A DNA stretch of 64,000 nucleotides from Cyanidioschyzon merolae (Eukaryota), in the NCBI GenBank assembly GCA_000091205.1, contig AP006502.2. The stretch is one strand, 5' to 3'. Within the stretch, counting starts at the first letter, position 1; each line of letters begins with the position of its first letter. Below the pieces are notes generated by a model. That model worked only from the letters and a program-made list of their open reading frames with translations. It searched no databases and was not told the DNA's origin. Shown one piece after another: positions 45,072 through 56,123 of this stretch. Made by a program: the position numbers and the translations under genes.

Positions 45072-45807
45072 CGTTTGTTGCTGGCGCCTGCGATCCACCT
45101 GCATCAGCACATCGCGACCGCCGAACTGTAGCAATTATTTGCGATATTCTATATATAAATGGTTGCGCTACGAGCGATGGCGATTGCGCGCGATTTTTTG
45201 CGACACATGTGTATATTAAGGACAGATTCATGGGTGATGCTTACGGTATTTCACCTCAACGGGGTTCCACTCGCAGATGCGTGGAATCAAGAGTGGTTTC
45301 GTGCTTAACAGCAACCACGTTCGAAGCGCGTTCATTAGAAGAAATAGAAAACCCAAGGGAAAGAATCGTCATCGAAGCGGCGGATCGAAGAGGGTCGGTG
45401 TCGTCGGGGTTTGACAAGGAAACGAAATAATCCTCTCCTCGCCGACCATCGAGCAAGGGAGAGCTACTGACGAAGAAAAAGAATAGTGGGGATTGGCGAG
45501 CAAAACTTGTTCGCCGTAGAGGACGATGATGAGACTAGAGTGGCACAGAGGGCAAGTGTTTGAGAAATCCCTGGACTGATGCATTGTACCAGAGGCATTA
45601 AAGTCAAGGAGTTCATGAACAGTTACTTGAACGCCGAACGCAATATTACACGATGTAAGATGCTGAAGACGAGAACCGTGGAGCTGACGCGAGCATTTTT
45701 GGGGCGCAACCTCTCAGGCTCGAAGTGTACAAAGAGAAACTGAAAACGATTGCAGGACGCTGGTCGAAAAAGGCTGGCAGCCGTCTGCGGGCGGATATCA
45801 ATTTACC

Positions 45808-48348
45808 CTATGGTCGCGATATGTCTTCGCTCCGCGAAGCAAACAGGCACGGATCAACTGGCGGGTTACTGGAAAGCGCGTCCGCGAACGGATACCAGTT
45901 GCGCATGGCCGCTCTGGTTTCCTCAGAGACGTTCTCGGTTACCGCCACCGCCCAGGCCTCTTCAAAGTCGGACAGAAAAGGATGGACGCCTGCTTCGCAG
46001 AGTCGCAACACCCCGCGCTCTAAATATGCCTTATCGCCCGTTGCGGTGGCGAGCGCGGTGACGCTGGCCAAGTCAGTAGCCCCGCGTCGTTCAAAGAACT
46101 CGTGGCAAACTTTCTCAACATTGTTTCCGTGCAAAGTTTTCACGACCGCATCAAGTTCTGCTTGCGCAAGCTTCGCTGCAGACGACGACCCCCTGATGGA
46201 ACGTGACAGACGTACAAGCAGACGAATCGCCATCGGCGACAGCGTCTCGACCGTAGTGCTGCCCCGCAAAGCCGCAACGACCGCTCGGGCAGCGAGCGCA
46301 TAACGAGCACTCTCCACAGCGACTTGGAAAATGATATCCAAGAGCTCTTCTGATAGCTCGGAAGGCTGCGTGGCCTTGAGTATTAACGGAAGCGTCAGCT
46401 TTTCCGCCTCCTCCAGAGGTGCCGCGCGGCTGATGAGCATTGTTCCGTCGGGGTCGGTCTCCATCCAACCGGGAGTGCGCGGACGGCGAGATGCTCGTTT
46501 CGCTGTGGAGGTCTCATTGGTGGACGCGCTTGTGGTAATGGCACCCGCATGAACGCGGAGCCGTTCCAGACGTGCTGTAATGTCCGCGCGATTGCGATGC
46601 AACGCAAGGTAGCAACGTGCAGCGCCGCGCACTGCGCGTTGGTAGTACTCATGCTGATGAAGACGATCTTCCCAGCGAATGAGATCCACATAGGCTGCGA
46701 TCGTGGATTTCCGTAGACAGTACGCATGAAAGTCGTACTCATCTTCGCGAAAGTCTGTGAAATGCCGCAGAACTGCCGTGTAGTATTTCAGCGCACGATC
46801 GATGCGGCCTTGTGCAAGCGCTGCATCCGCGTAAGCTAGTTCGAACCACATGACCTGCAAATTGTACAGCGCTTGAACAGGAGGTGCCTCTCCATCATGT
46901 GTGAACATCAAAATCAGCTCCATGGCACGATCAGGTATGCCGGCTAGCAATGCGTACTCAGCTGCGAGTGAGTTCAGTGCGCGATCACGCACGTCCAGGG
47001 ATCGTGCTCGCTCTGCTGCCTCGTAAGCGCGGCGATATGCTCCAACAGACCGCCAGATCCGCGCTATCGCGGCTCTGCATTCAGGCGAGTCGGTGAACTG
47101 TTCTAGAAAGGCGATAGCGCGTTCAGGGTCGCGCGATACCCGCATACAGTGTTCTGCGGCGAAAATCGCGGTCGCCTCATTATGAACCGCAGCTGGGACG
47201 TTACCGATCAGTTCGAGAAATACCTCGTCGATGACGCGCTTCTTCGCATCATCCTTGTAAAAATTTTCTAGGATGCGAGCGAAACTAGGAACCTGGGCGA
47301 TTTCCAGAAAATGATGCATGAGCTCTTTGACTCTTTTTCGGAATTCATCGCAGGATCCCTCCAGGTGGCGAAGCGCTCCTAGCGCGCAACCTAGCACAGG
47401 CGCCTCGTCAGGGGTGAAGCACTCTTCGCCGGCGCTGTCGCAAAGTTCCCTCGGGACTGCATCATACAGAGCCACAACATCCCGGCCCGTCGTATCGTTT
47501 CGCACAATACCCTCGAGGTACTCCGCATTACTCGGATTTCGGCGCAAGAGTTGCCAGTAACACCTGTGGGCTCGCTCATGATCCCCGATCCGCTCCGCTA
47601 TACGCGCAGCGGTGTGGAGCGCGAACGTACGATCGAGGATTTTTCCCTCCTGAATGCAAGTCTCGGCGTACTTGAGGGCTTCCTCACGCATATCCGCCTC
47701 TTCCAGCAATCTCAGGCGGTACTCGTACGCAAGCGAGGCTTCGGAGATGTTTGATCCCTCTGTGCCGAGCTGGTATTTGGCTGCGATGCGTTCCCATGCA
47801 TCCAGAACCCGTAACGCTTCCTCGTGACGGCCCAGCAGGTGGTTTGCAACGGCAAGTCCCAGCCAGTTTAGACGCAGCGTCGGCCGCTGCTGAAGCATTT
47901 GCTCGCGAGTTCGGAGGAGCCCCTCAAAGTCCCGAATGTGCGCCTGAAGCGGAGATAGTTCGCGCAGCAGTTGCGCATTATTAGGGTCCAACCGGAGCGC
48001 CTGCTGGTACGCCTTGGCTGCCTCCTTGTACTCTCGGTCGTGTCTGTGAAGAAGTCCTAAAATATGCCACGCAACTTGGGACCGAATATCTTGCCGGAGG
48101 CCGCGCCTGGCGAGCTCGTAGGCCTCGTCGCGTTGATCCAACGCTCGCAAGATGAGACCTTTCATCGCGAGTGTCTCTCCGTGGTCGGGCACTGCACGCA
48201 AGATCTGGTCAGCGATCTTGTTTGCCTTTTTGTACTGCTTGATTTCATAAAGTCGAAACATTTGTTTGAACAGCGACTGCTCCTTTGTGGGCAGCGACGG
48301 CTTCCGCCCCTGCGCTGACCCAGCACCCGCGGCAGACACCGGAGCCAT
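45808..48348 (-). CDS. NAA15: N-alpha-acetyltransferase 15/16, NatA auxiliary subunit (TPR protein), 846 aa, single exon
   Basis: N-terminus MAPVSAAG...KEQSLFKQMFRLYEIKQYKKANKIADQILRAVPDHGETLAMKGLILRALDQRDEAYELARRGLRQDIRSQVAWHILGLLHRHDREYKEAAKAYQQALRLDPNNAQLLRELSPLQAHIRDFEG aligns residue-by-residue with animal and fungal NAA15/Nat1. Confidence 0.85.
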   Translation of the reverse strand: MAPVSAAGAGSAQGRKPSLPTKEQSLFKQMFRLYEIKQYKKANKIADQILRAVPDHGETLAMKGLILRALDQRDEAYELARRGLRQDIRSQVAWHILGLLHRHDREYKEAAKAYQQALRLDPNNAQLLRELSPLQAHIRDFEGLLRTREQMLQQRPTLRLNWLGLAVANHLLGRHEEALRVLDAWERIAAKYQLGTEGSNISEASLAYEYRLRLLEEADMREEALKYAETCIQEGKILDRTFALHTAARIAERIGDHERAHRCYWQLLRRNPSNAEYLEGIVRNDTTGRDVVALYDAVPRELCDSAGEECFTPDEAPVLGCALGALRHLEGSCDEFRKRVKELMHHFLEIAQVPSFARILENFYKDDAKKRVIDEVFLELIGNVPAAVHNEATAIFAAEHCMRVSRDPERAIAFLEQFTDSPECRAAIARIWRSVGAYRRAYEAAERARSLDVRDRALNSLAAEYALLAGIPDRAMELILMFTHDGEAPPVQALYNLQVMWFELAYADAALAQGRIDRALKYYTAVLRHFTDFREDEYDFHAYCLRKSTIAAYVDLIRWEDRLHQHEYYQRAVRGAARCYLALHRNRADITARLERLRVHAGAITTSASTNETSTAKRASRRPRTPGWMETDPDGTMLISRAAPLEEAEKLTLPLILKATQPSELSEELLDIIFQVAVESARYALAARAVVAALRGSTTVETLSPMAIRLLVRLSRSIRGSSSAAKLAQAELDAVVKTLHGNNVEKVCHEFFERRGATDLASVTALATATGDKAYLERGVLRLCEAGVHPFLSDFEEAWAVAVTENVSEETRAAMRNWYPFADALSSNPPVDPCLFASRSEDISRP

Positions 48349-50087
48349 CCGCTGTGAGTGTCGTGCTCGTACTCCAACAGTTGATCACGTCCTCTGTAAG
48401 TAATACTCAAGATTCTTCCCCGAAGAAAATCATGAACAGAGCGCTGATCACTGGACGTTAGAAACTTGATCTTGTCAGTAAGCAGGGACGTGCGTAGAGC
48501 CTATCGCGCTCTGCTAGGGTACGGAATTCTCGGCAGACGCCCCGATCAGATGATGGCGTCGATACCCTGAGACACCCACATGTCCATATTGTCGCATTTA
48601 TTGTTCGAGGCCAGGCCGCCGTCGATGCTTGTACCATGGGCGAAGACCGCCTCAGCGGTATCGCGAATTCGGTGATCCCCGGTTCGTGTAAGAGAGACGC
48701 TGTACGCCCGCAATGCTCGTCATCCGCAGCCTCGATGTTTACGCGCTGTGAAACCGCTGTCCATCACCAATGATCGTAGGCGATTCGCAGATAGGTCGCT
48801 GTGCGTGTGGATCCGCTGCACTCGGCCCGAGTTGATGCGCTCGTCCCGACCACCCCAGGTCGATAGCTTCAAGGGCTGCAGCGCAGTCCAGTGGCTTTTG
48901 GTTGTTGTTGGAACGGGCCGTTTCAGCGCTACGCTGCGATGTAATCGAGCACCACTGCATAGCGAGACGCGAGGCAATACGGGCTCCTTGCATGAAAAGG
49001 TTTAGGCGCATGGGTATAGCGATCTCCGTTTGTGGACCTGTGCATACACCCATGGATTCATGGAAGCAGGTATGAATGAGGTGCCGGCCGCGACCTATGC
49101 GGAGGAGCAAAAATTTTTGCGCACTGGTCTGGGCTCTGCGGTCGTTTCGCTGCATGTATTTCGTCGTGTTGCAGTGGTAGCATGCAACGCGCCGTTTCTT
49201 TTAAAGCTCGTCAAACTCAGTATAAGTCGAAATTGTTCCAACAGAATCGCCTCAAGTCGCCGTGCATTCCGGCCGTTTGTATCGAATGCCAGTACGATAT
49301 ATGTACGCGTCGTCCGTGAGCATTTGCATCCAAGCCACAGATGGATTGTGCTTCAGGCTTGGCATTGGATTACGCAGCAAGATAGCACACGAGAAGCCAT
49401 TTCAGCTGCTAGGAATCGACCGAGCCCCGCAGCTCGTCAAGTGCTTGCATTTCGCGTGCGCAATGAGCCATCATAAAAGGTGCCGAGATATCTGGCGCAT
49501 AGGCAGCCTCGCATGCCCAGTAGCGACATTGAAAAAATACCAGCGGGCCTGTGATCACCTCCCAGATGCCTTCCAGACTCGTATTCGCGGCCGCAACATC
49601 AGTGGCCTCCGCGAACAGAAAATGGAACAAGCGCAAAACAGTTCGATGACCGGGCTCCCATACAGCCTCGCAGAATCACGTCCATGCGGAGGAGCACCTG
49701 CCACAAGAGCATTTCGCCACAGGGGCAGCTCACATTCGACTTGCAGTGCTATTTGAGCCATTTGGGGGTCGTTGAGCCCCAACACCTCCGTGCATCGAGA
49801 CCCAGGTTTGAGCAGTTGCACTGGCAACTGAACGTCGACGCGGCGATCGGCGCCAGCGGATGCCACGGGATGCGACGCGCCCGCAGATGCGCATCTGCGA
49901 GAGGCGGTGCACTCGGCTTGAAACCCCGCAGTCTACATATGCAACAACCTCTCCTCCATGTTGTGCTTGATTCGGGGACAGCATACATTCTGGAACCGCA
50001 CCTCAGTGTGCCCAGAACTTTACTGTAGCACAGGACTCTGTGAAACGCTCACAGTACAATCCTCGACTCAGAGGGCTCGTTCGAAAT

Positions 50088-51500
50088 ATGGCGCCGGCTC
50101 TCTCGGTAGTCGCAGTTTGGCGAGCAGTCGAGTTTCTGTTGCGCTTGAATTATCAGCGTTTCGAGGGAGCGCTGTCTGAACGATACGCATGCTTGGAGGC
50201 TGCTGCGTCAGTAATCGAAATACGTACTGTGGCTCTTCGTTCGCTCGATGGGTCGTACGCGAAAACCTCGTCCGAGGTAAGCCCAAGAGCACCGGAGAGG
50301 ACGCGGCTTCTGCAGGTACGCATCTTTGAACACGCCGCTCGATCGATGCAGCAACGGCTTCGAACTGGAGACCGTGCCCGTGACACTCTCGGAGTGGTGC
50401 TGCTGGTGCACGGCCTATCGCCTTCGGGAAACCGGGATGCGCGCATGGAGGCGGTTGCGCGAGCTTTGGCGAGTCTGGGGTTTACTGCAGTTATCCCCGA
50501 CTTTGTCGAGTTTCGAGAGTGTCGTATGGGCCAGCAAACACTCGATGAAATCGCTTGGGCAGTCGTCGCCGTTGCGAAGGCTTTCCATCAGGAATCTATT
50601 AGTTTGTTCGCGGCATGCGTCGCGGCAGGTTATACGCTTTGCGCTGTTTTGGGTAGTGGCGAACACATCCGACAACGGGTTCGAACGATCATGTGCATTG
50701 GCCCGTACGCCGAAGTTGAAGCGATGGTCTGGTGCGCCATGTCCAGCGACTCTGCCGATGACTACGGTCGGAATGCGATCTTCTACAATTTTCTTCAGTA
50801 TTCTTCGCTGATCTCGGAAATCGAGCATGCAGGTAACGCAGCCAACGGACATGGATGGATGTCGCAGCTACTCCATGCGCTTCGTCTCGCTTTGGAAGAC
50901 TCGCATTTCCTCCGAGGGAGCACGGAGGCAGCGATGCTACCCAAGTATTTCAAAGAGCTGCGGGATCGGGTACCACATAGTTTCGACACTGCAAACGACG
51001 CTTCTGAAGATGCTTCGAGTACGAGGACAAGTCACGTTCAGAGAGTTTTCGAACGGTTCCAACTTGACAAAGAGTTTCGAGAGCTGCACACGAAGGCGAT
51101 GCTCTCGCATCCGGCAGTGCAAAAGTTGATCGCGTCCTGCCAACCGATACGAGTCGTTTCCCGGGAACCTATCGATTTTCCCATCCTTCTTTTGCACGGC
51201 GAATGTGATAATATTGTTCCCTGTCGGGAAAGCCGCAGGCTTTTCTGCGCTATGATGCACAACAAGCTCTGTACGGTGAAGCCCCTTATTGAGATAACCT
51301 CGCTCCTCAATCACGGCGACCGCCAGCGTCTGAACTGGTTCACAGACACGCCGCAAATTATCCGCCTTATTCGTCTGTTTGCGCAGTTTTTCACCTGGGC
51401 TGCACAGCCGCGAATTTCTGTTCCGCAGTCGCATTCGAGCTCTGCGAAGAACCGTACAGAGTCACGTTTGCTGCAACCGCGCATCATCCGATCGCGTTGA
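50088..51500 (+). CDS. Alpha/beta-hydrolase-fold-like protein (function unknown), 470 aa from first ATG
   Basis: VVLLVHGLSPSG... and a C-terminal LLLHGECDNIVPCRESRRLF resemble the oxyanion-hole and catalytic-His regions of alpha/beta hydrolases. No clean GxSxG motif. The track start at 50040 is GTG. Confidence 0.35.
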   Translation: MAPALSVVAVWRAVEFLLRLNYQRFEGALSERYACLEAAASVIEIRTVALRSLDGSYAKTSSEVSPRAPERTRLLQVRIFEHAARSMQQRLRTGDRARDTLGVVLLVHGLSPSGNRDARMEAVARALASLGFTAVIPDFVEFRECRMGQQTLDEIAWAVVAVAKAFHQESISLFAACVAAGYTLCAVLGSGEHIRQRVRTIMCIGPYAEVEAMVWCAMSSDSADDYGRNAIFYNFLQYSSLISEIEHAGNAANGHGWMSQLLHALRLALEDSHFLRGSTEAAMLPKYFKELRDRVPHSFDTANDASEDASSTRTSHVQRVFERFQLDKEFRELHTKAMLSHPAVQKLIASCQPIRVVSREPIDFPILLLHGECDNIVPCRESRRLFCAMMHNKLCTVKPLIEITSLLNHGDRQRLNWFTDTPQIIRLIRLFAQFFTWAAQPRISVPQSHSSSAKNRTESRLLQPRIIRSR

Positions 51501-54146
51501 AGCGCAGCGTCGCTTTCCCACGGCGAATCGCTCCTCTTGCATAATGAAGAACTGCACGACACAGAATGCTTTCGCACAGAACAGCTTCTGGAAAACCGAC
51601 TCCATGCGATGGAGTCAGACACTTTCGTTATTCCCTAAAATACAGGGTTTGCAACTATGTCATGCGTTATCCATCCGAGCTCGTTTCTGGGTCATGGAGC
51701 CGAATCCTGCCCGTGTATTCACCACATACCCGAGACAAGTGCCGTCAGCGCTAGCTCCCGGATGCTAACGAACCACGGATTGTTGGCGCGTTTCATTGCT
51801 CACAAAGGAAGCCCGTCAGCAGATGATGCCCGATGCGTATCGAAAGCGCCTCGTCCATCCCGGCCTGTGTCGAAATCGATTCGCATATTGTGCCATTAGC
51901 AGAGCAGTTTCCGCTGCCCACTTCCCCGACAAACATGCTCCGTAATGAGGCAGATGTGCGTGCATCGCTAGCGACTCGAGCGCGTCTCGCAGCTTTCGCT
52001 GTCCACACATCAACAAGGCGCCCCAGCACCGGGGCTGCTCCGCAGGTCACCACAGGGCTCTGCGGTCGCTTGTGGAACCCTTGTTCTGAACCTCGCTTCC
52101 ATTGAAACCACAGCGAGCACCCGAAAATACCCAAAACATTTCACAAATGAATAGAGGTCCGCGGCGATAGTGTCACCGCCAGGTCGCTACGAGTAGAAGC
52201 GGCTACGCTGCAACACAAGCGAGACTCCGTCGAGAGCTGCACGCCACGGCCCTGAGGAAATAGTCGGAGACAGACGCCACTAACAGGCACTTCGAATACT
52301 GGAAATCTTGTCGATCCATGCCACATTTACGCCTAGAAAACATCAGAAGCAGTTAACGAGTGAGCACATGGTATGTAACCGGTGCTTGGTGCTTGCACGC
52401 GTTTCGCCTGTATGTTGCAGTGAAGCGCGGCAACGCCGTGCGTGCATCCAACTGCTAATTCTGATCAGTCTCTATGAGACGCTTCCAGGCGAGGCCTATG
52501 TTGCATCCCGTAGGGCGCCCCGCTGGATGCCATGAATGCCGACGCGTGAACGTCCCTGAATCCAGCCCGAGGGCTTCGTCTGCACCTACCGTTTTGATCC
52601 AGAAGAACCCTGGACACATTCTCGAGTGCGGCATCGGAACCAAGATCCGACTGCGCCGCGTCAGAATACTATAGAACACTGGGCTGCTCGCTCTGTTCCT
52701 GCCTTGCGATATGTTTCCAAACCTTTTCGATATACAGTCTCGACATTCACATTGTGGTAAGCGCGGATGACGGATTCATGTGCAATGCTAGGATTCATGG
52801 TCATGTTTTCGAAGTGGCTGATTCGGCGCTTTGCAGCTGGGATTCGTTCTGTAACCAGAATCGTGATGAGCCGCAAACCCATCGAACACGAGTTCCTAAA
52901 ATAACCGATATCGTTCGCCAATACATATGTTTGTGCATCCATGCTCCTGCTCTCCGCATATATAGCATGCTCGGATACAGCATTCTTCAACTGTTCGATC
53001 TTTCCGTTCCGTGGTAACTTTTGGGAAGCAGGTAGCAGTGCGCAACATTGTGTAGAGGTGAAAGTATACTCGACTTGGTCGCTGGACGACATCCGCACAA
53101 GCGTATCTGGAAAGTTCATTCACTGACCTTGTCACGGCACATGAAAGACTCCTTTCGAAAGTCAAATATGCCTCTCTTCGGCGCCAGCGACGAACCGGCA
53201 TTCGGCAGAAGCATTGTACCGCTAGGGCACGATGCTCTTAAAGGATTTCGCCTTCCCCATTTCCATGAAACATGGTCTTGGACTCGGAGCCCAGTCGTCT
53301 CTCCCATCGCTGCTAGTGTAGAATGCGCCACTGTTTAGAAGAAGAGTGCGTTGATGGATGGAAGTTTCTTGACTTTTCATGCAGCATGGATATTCAGTGT
53401 GGTACTTGTGCCATCATGCACATCAACGTGTCCCGCAGATCCTCTATCGACTGGAAGAAAGTGCGCTTGTAAATGCAGCGGATAGCGTACTCGGGGCAGG
53501 TATCGCGCCGAAGAAGCCTGTGAGCTTCGGTATGGAACCGGGCACGGAAACGGTGCAGGACACCGAGGCGAGCCTTCTGTGCCCGTCATAGGCGTGCGCC
53601 GAATGATAAACCAAAAGCTCGCGTGCCACAGGGCGACTCTCTCAGAGAATAGGGTGCGATGGACCTAAATGAGTACCTGACTATATTCAAGTGTGATAGC
53701 TGCGAATAACGCACCGAGGCTGCATGCATAGGAGATGACAATGGAAAGCGATGCCTAGATATCAACTACTGTCTGTGCATCAAATGCAGCGACAAAAGCC
53801 GGAAGCAGCGAAATCAGGAACTGAACGCAGCCACCAACAACGTTCGAATCGTGACAACGGAGCTGAAGACAAGGGCAGACCGACGAACGTAAAGCCGGAG
53901 ATAAGACAAAGGAAAACGAAGCCGTCCCAGATAAAGCTCGCAAAGGCTGGTCGTCATGACATGAGGAAAAGACCCAAACTTTACGGTGTACGCTCGTGTT
54001 CGCAAAGTGGGCCCGCTCCATTTCATTCTGATAGGGGTGCAAGCGACCTCTGGTCCAGACCTGAGGCAGATGCGCGCGATTGCCAGACTGCGTCTCATGA
54101 ACGCAGCGTATTGACTGTGGACGTCAGCGCACGTCAAGCTCCGCTC

Positions 54147-55319
54147 TTAAGACGGAGAACGCTCCCAGCTCTGGCTGGGTATTCGGTCCGAACGCAGATA
54201 GAAGACGCTCGTCACGTACCGCTCGTGATACCTTCGCGTGAGGACGTACTTGTGCACATGGCGCACATTTGCGGATACCCCGCTGGGAACTATGTACAAA
54301 TGGTTCAGGGTCACTGTAACAGGTCTTGGAGGGAACAAATCAACCTCGCCCCGCTCTCGTCGCAACTGTTCTTCTATGAATTCGTTTGGAGTCATCTCAA
54401 TTGGCAAGCGAGGAGCCGTTTCCTCGCCAAGCAGGACAGGCAGCGGCGGTGGCTCACGATGAAAGCCCGACTCGATACCTGGAATTGCGTTATCATAGCT
54501 GCCAACAGGGCTCTGTTCCCGCCGGAAGACCTCGCTCGCGCGCTTCGTTCCAGGCAAGAAATCATCCTGTACCAGAAACTCGCCAAAGAAAGGTTCCACC
54601 CGAATGAAGTTGTTCACATTACCGTGGGCATCCCGAGCGACCATTTGCTCGGGCGCATACCGCCACTCGCCGTCTACAACATACTTGTACTGATAGTCAC
54701 CAGGTTCTAGATTAAGGAGAATGTAAAAGGCGTTCCCGCTCCGATGCAGTGGATGACGCCGCTTCCACCCGTCAAAGGAGCCCGCGACTTCCACACCCGC
54801 AACGGCGCCGTGGTGCCAGTTGAATGCCACTGGAACCAGGTTCCGCTGCGGGACTTCTAGGAGCTCCATTTCAGCCAGCTTGGTTTCGGTATCCTCGAGC
54901 TGTGGTGTGTGCACGACGCCGTGGTCCACAGAGCGCCTTGGTGGCACCTCGGCGCCTCCGTGCTCTCTCGAATCACTGCCTAACGCAGGAGGAAGTTGCA
55001 TGGCGCTCGGCAGAGGAGGCGGCCCCGAGGCAGACGCTTTCGCTTGGAGGGCGTTTTCACTCATTCCAGAGGTTTCTGGCACAGCCCAGCCCGGAGCGGC
55101 TCTTGGTACCCCACCACTAAAGTAGGACTCCATGCCCAGGCTTGCGGGACTGTGCGGGCTGAGCCTCGGGCTTATTGCCGCAGGCGCGGCGCCTACGGAG
55201 GCCGCAGCAGCGAGTGCCGCAGCACTCCGCTCCGACAGCGCTGCTGAGCCCCGTGTGAGGACTCGCGAGGCCGCGGCGGGTGCCCCTGGACCACCCTCTC
55301 GAGAGAACGAGTGTCCCAT
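54147..55319 (-). CDS. AMPK/SNF1 kinase beta (regulatory) subunit: N-myristoylation signal, CBM48 glycogen-binding domain and C-terminal ASC domain; 390 aa from MGHSFS
   Basis: CBM48: VPVAFNWHHGAVAGVEVAGSFDGWKRRHPLHRSGNAFYILLNLEPGDYQYKYVVDGEWRYAPEQMVARDAHGNVNNFIRV (compare VPTVFRWTGGGKEVYLSGSFNNWSK-LPLTRS-NNFVAILDLPEGEHQYKFFVDGQWTHDP...GTVNNIIQV). ASC: MTPNEFIEEQ...VTLNHLYIV...HKYVLTRRYHERYVTSVFY. The track ORF extends to 55784, but the upstream 155 aa are W/C-rich and non-protein-like, so the start was placed at ATG 55319, which gives MGHSFS (an M-G-x-x-x-S myristoylation consensus). Confidence 0.75.
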   Translation of the reverse strand: MGHSFSREGGPGAPAAASRVLTRGSAALSERSAAALAAAASVGAAPAAISPRLSPHSPASLGMESYFSGGVPRAAPGWAVPETSGMSENALQAKASASGPPPLPSAMQLPPALGSDSREHGGAEVPPRRSVDHGVVHTPQLEDTETKLAEMELLEVPQRNLVPVAFNWHHGAVAGVEVAGSFDGWKRRHPLHRSGNAFYILLNLEPGDYQYKYVVDGEWRYAPEQMVARDAHGNVNNFIRVEPFFGEFLVQDDFLPGTKRASEVFRREQSPVGSYDNAIPGIESGFHREPPPLPVLLGEETAPRLPIEMTPNEFIEEQLRRERGEVDLFPPRPVTVTLNHLYIVPSGVSANVRHVHKYVLTRRYHERYVTSVFYLRSDRIPSQSWERSPS

Positions 55320-56123
55320 AACGCCAGCAACGGCAACTCCAACGTTGCCAAAACCGTTGTTGCTGCGGGACGCACCCGTGCCTCCAAGGAACAACGTTGT
55401 CAGTCGCGCGCGATTGGCGTCTTGGTAGGAACGTTCAAAGGAGTCGGATGCCGGCAGGTGATTCCCTTTTCGATGACAAAACGTTTCCATGAACCATGGA
55501 TCCCAGTTTGCGGAATGGGTATTCGTAATCGAAAAAAAAGGTTCATCATGCGGCAACAACCTGCATGTTCCATGAACCAGATATCCTCTCGGATACACTG
55601 GTCGTTTCGTGCGCTCTATCGTGTGCCAGTTGTCTGCCTGGCTGCACTCGCAATAGCAGTCATACCGCTGGAGCAGATGCAGCACGGAGACAGAACCGCT
55701 TTTCCATACCACTGAGGGCTTCGACTCGATGCTTGGTTCATCCGAGACCGGGTCGGAGTACATAATCATTCTGGGGGTCAGCAAGCTGCTCAGAGAGGCT
55801 TACTTTCTGCGACTGCGCGAATCGACATGCAAGGAGACCACTGCGACCAGGGCGATGCCCAGACCCAGCATACCCAATTCGTGTCCCAGAATAGATTGCG
55901 TTGCGGACGGCTGCCCTGATCTCACGAAAGGACCCACCACTGGGAGGCGCATGAAGCACGAGTCTGGCGGACTTGTCCGGCTCGCGGGACCTTCCGCCTA
56001 AAGGATGAATTTTCGACAATATGGAAACCGCTCTCCCCTTTTAACGTGTTTCGCAGAGAAGGAAAGAAATTTTTATCCAGTTGCAAGGTTAGAGGTTAGT
56101 CTCTGTCCATGTTTGTGTATAGC

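Noticed and set aside
44653-45231. 192-aa minus-strand ORF
   Set aside because: It overlaps the tRNA-Pro gene and has no recognisable features. It is spurious.
53751-54710. 319-aa + strand ORF
   Set aside because: Its 3' half is antisense to the well-supported AMPK-beta C-terminal (ASC) domain. Its 5' half is low-complexity (K/R/Q-rich) with no recognisable domain. It is likely a GC-driven spurious ORF.
54147-55784. Track's 545-aa version of the AMPK-beta ORF starting MLTPRMIMYSDP...
   Set aside because: The first 155 codons are W/C-rich and non-protein-like. The ORF is open upstream only by chance. The myristoylation-type start MGHSFS at 55319 matches AMPK-beta architecture.
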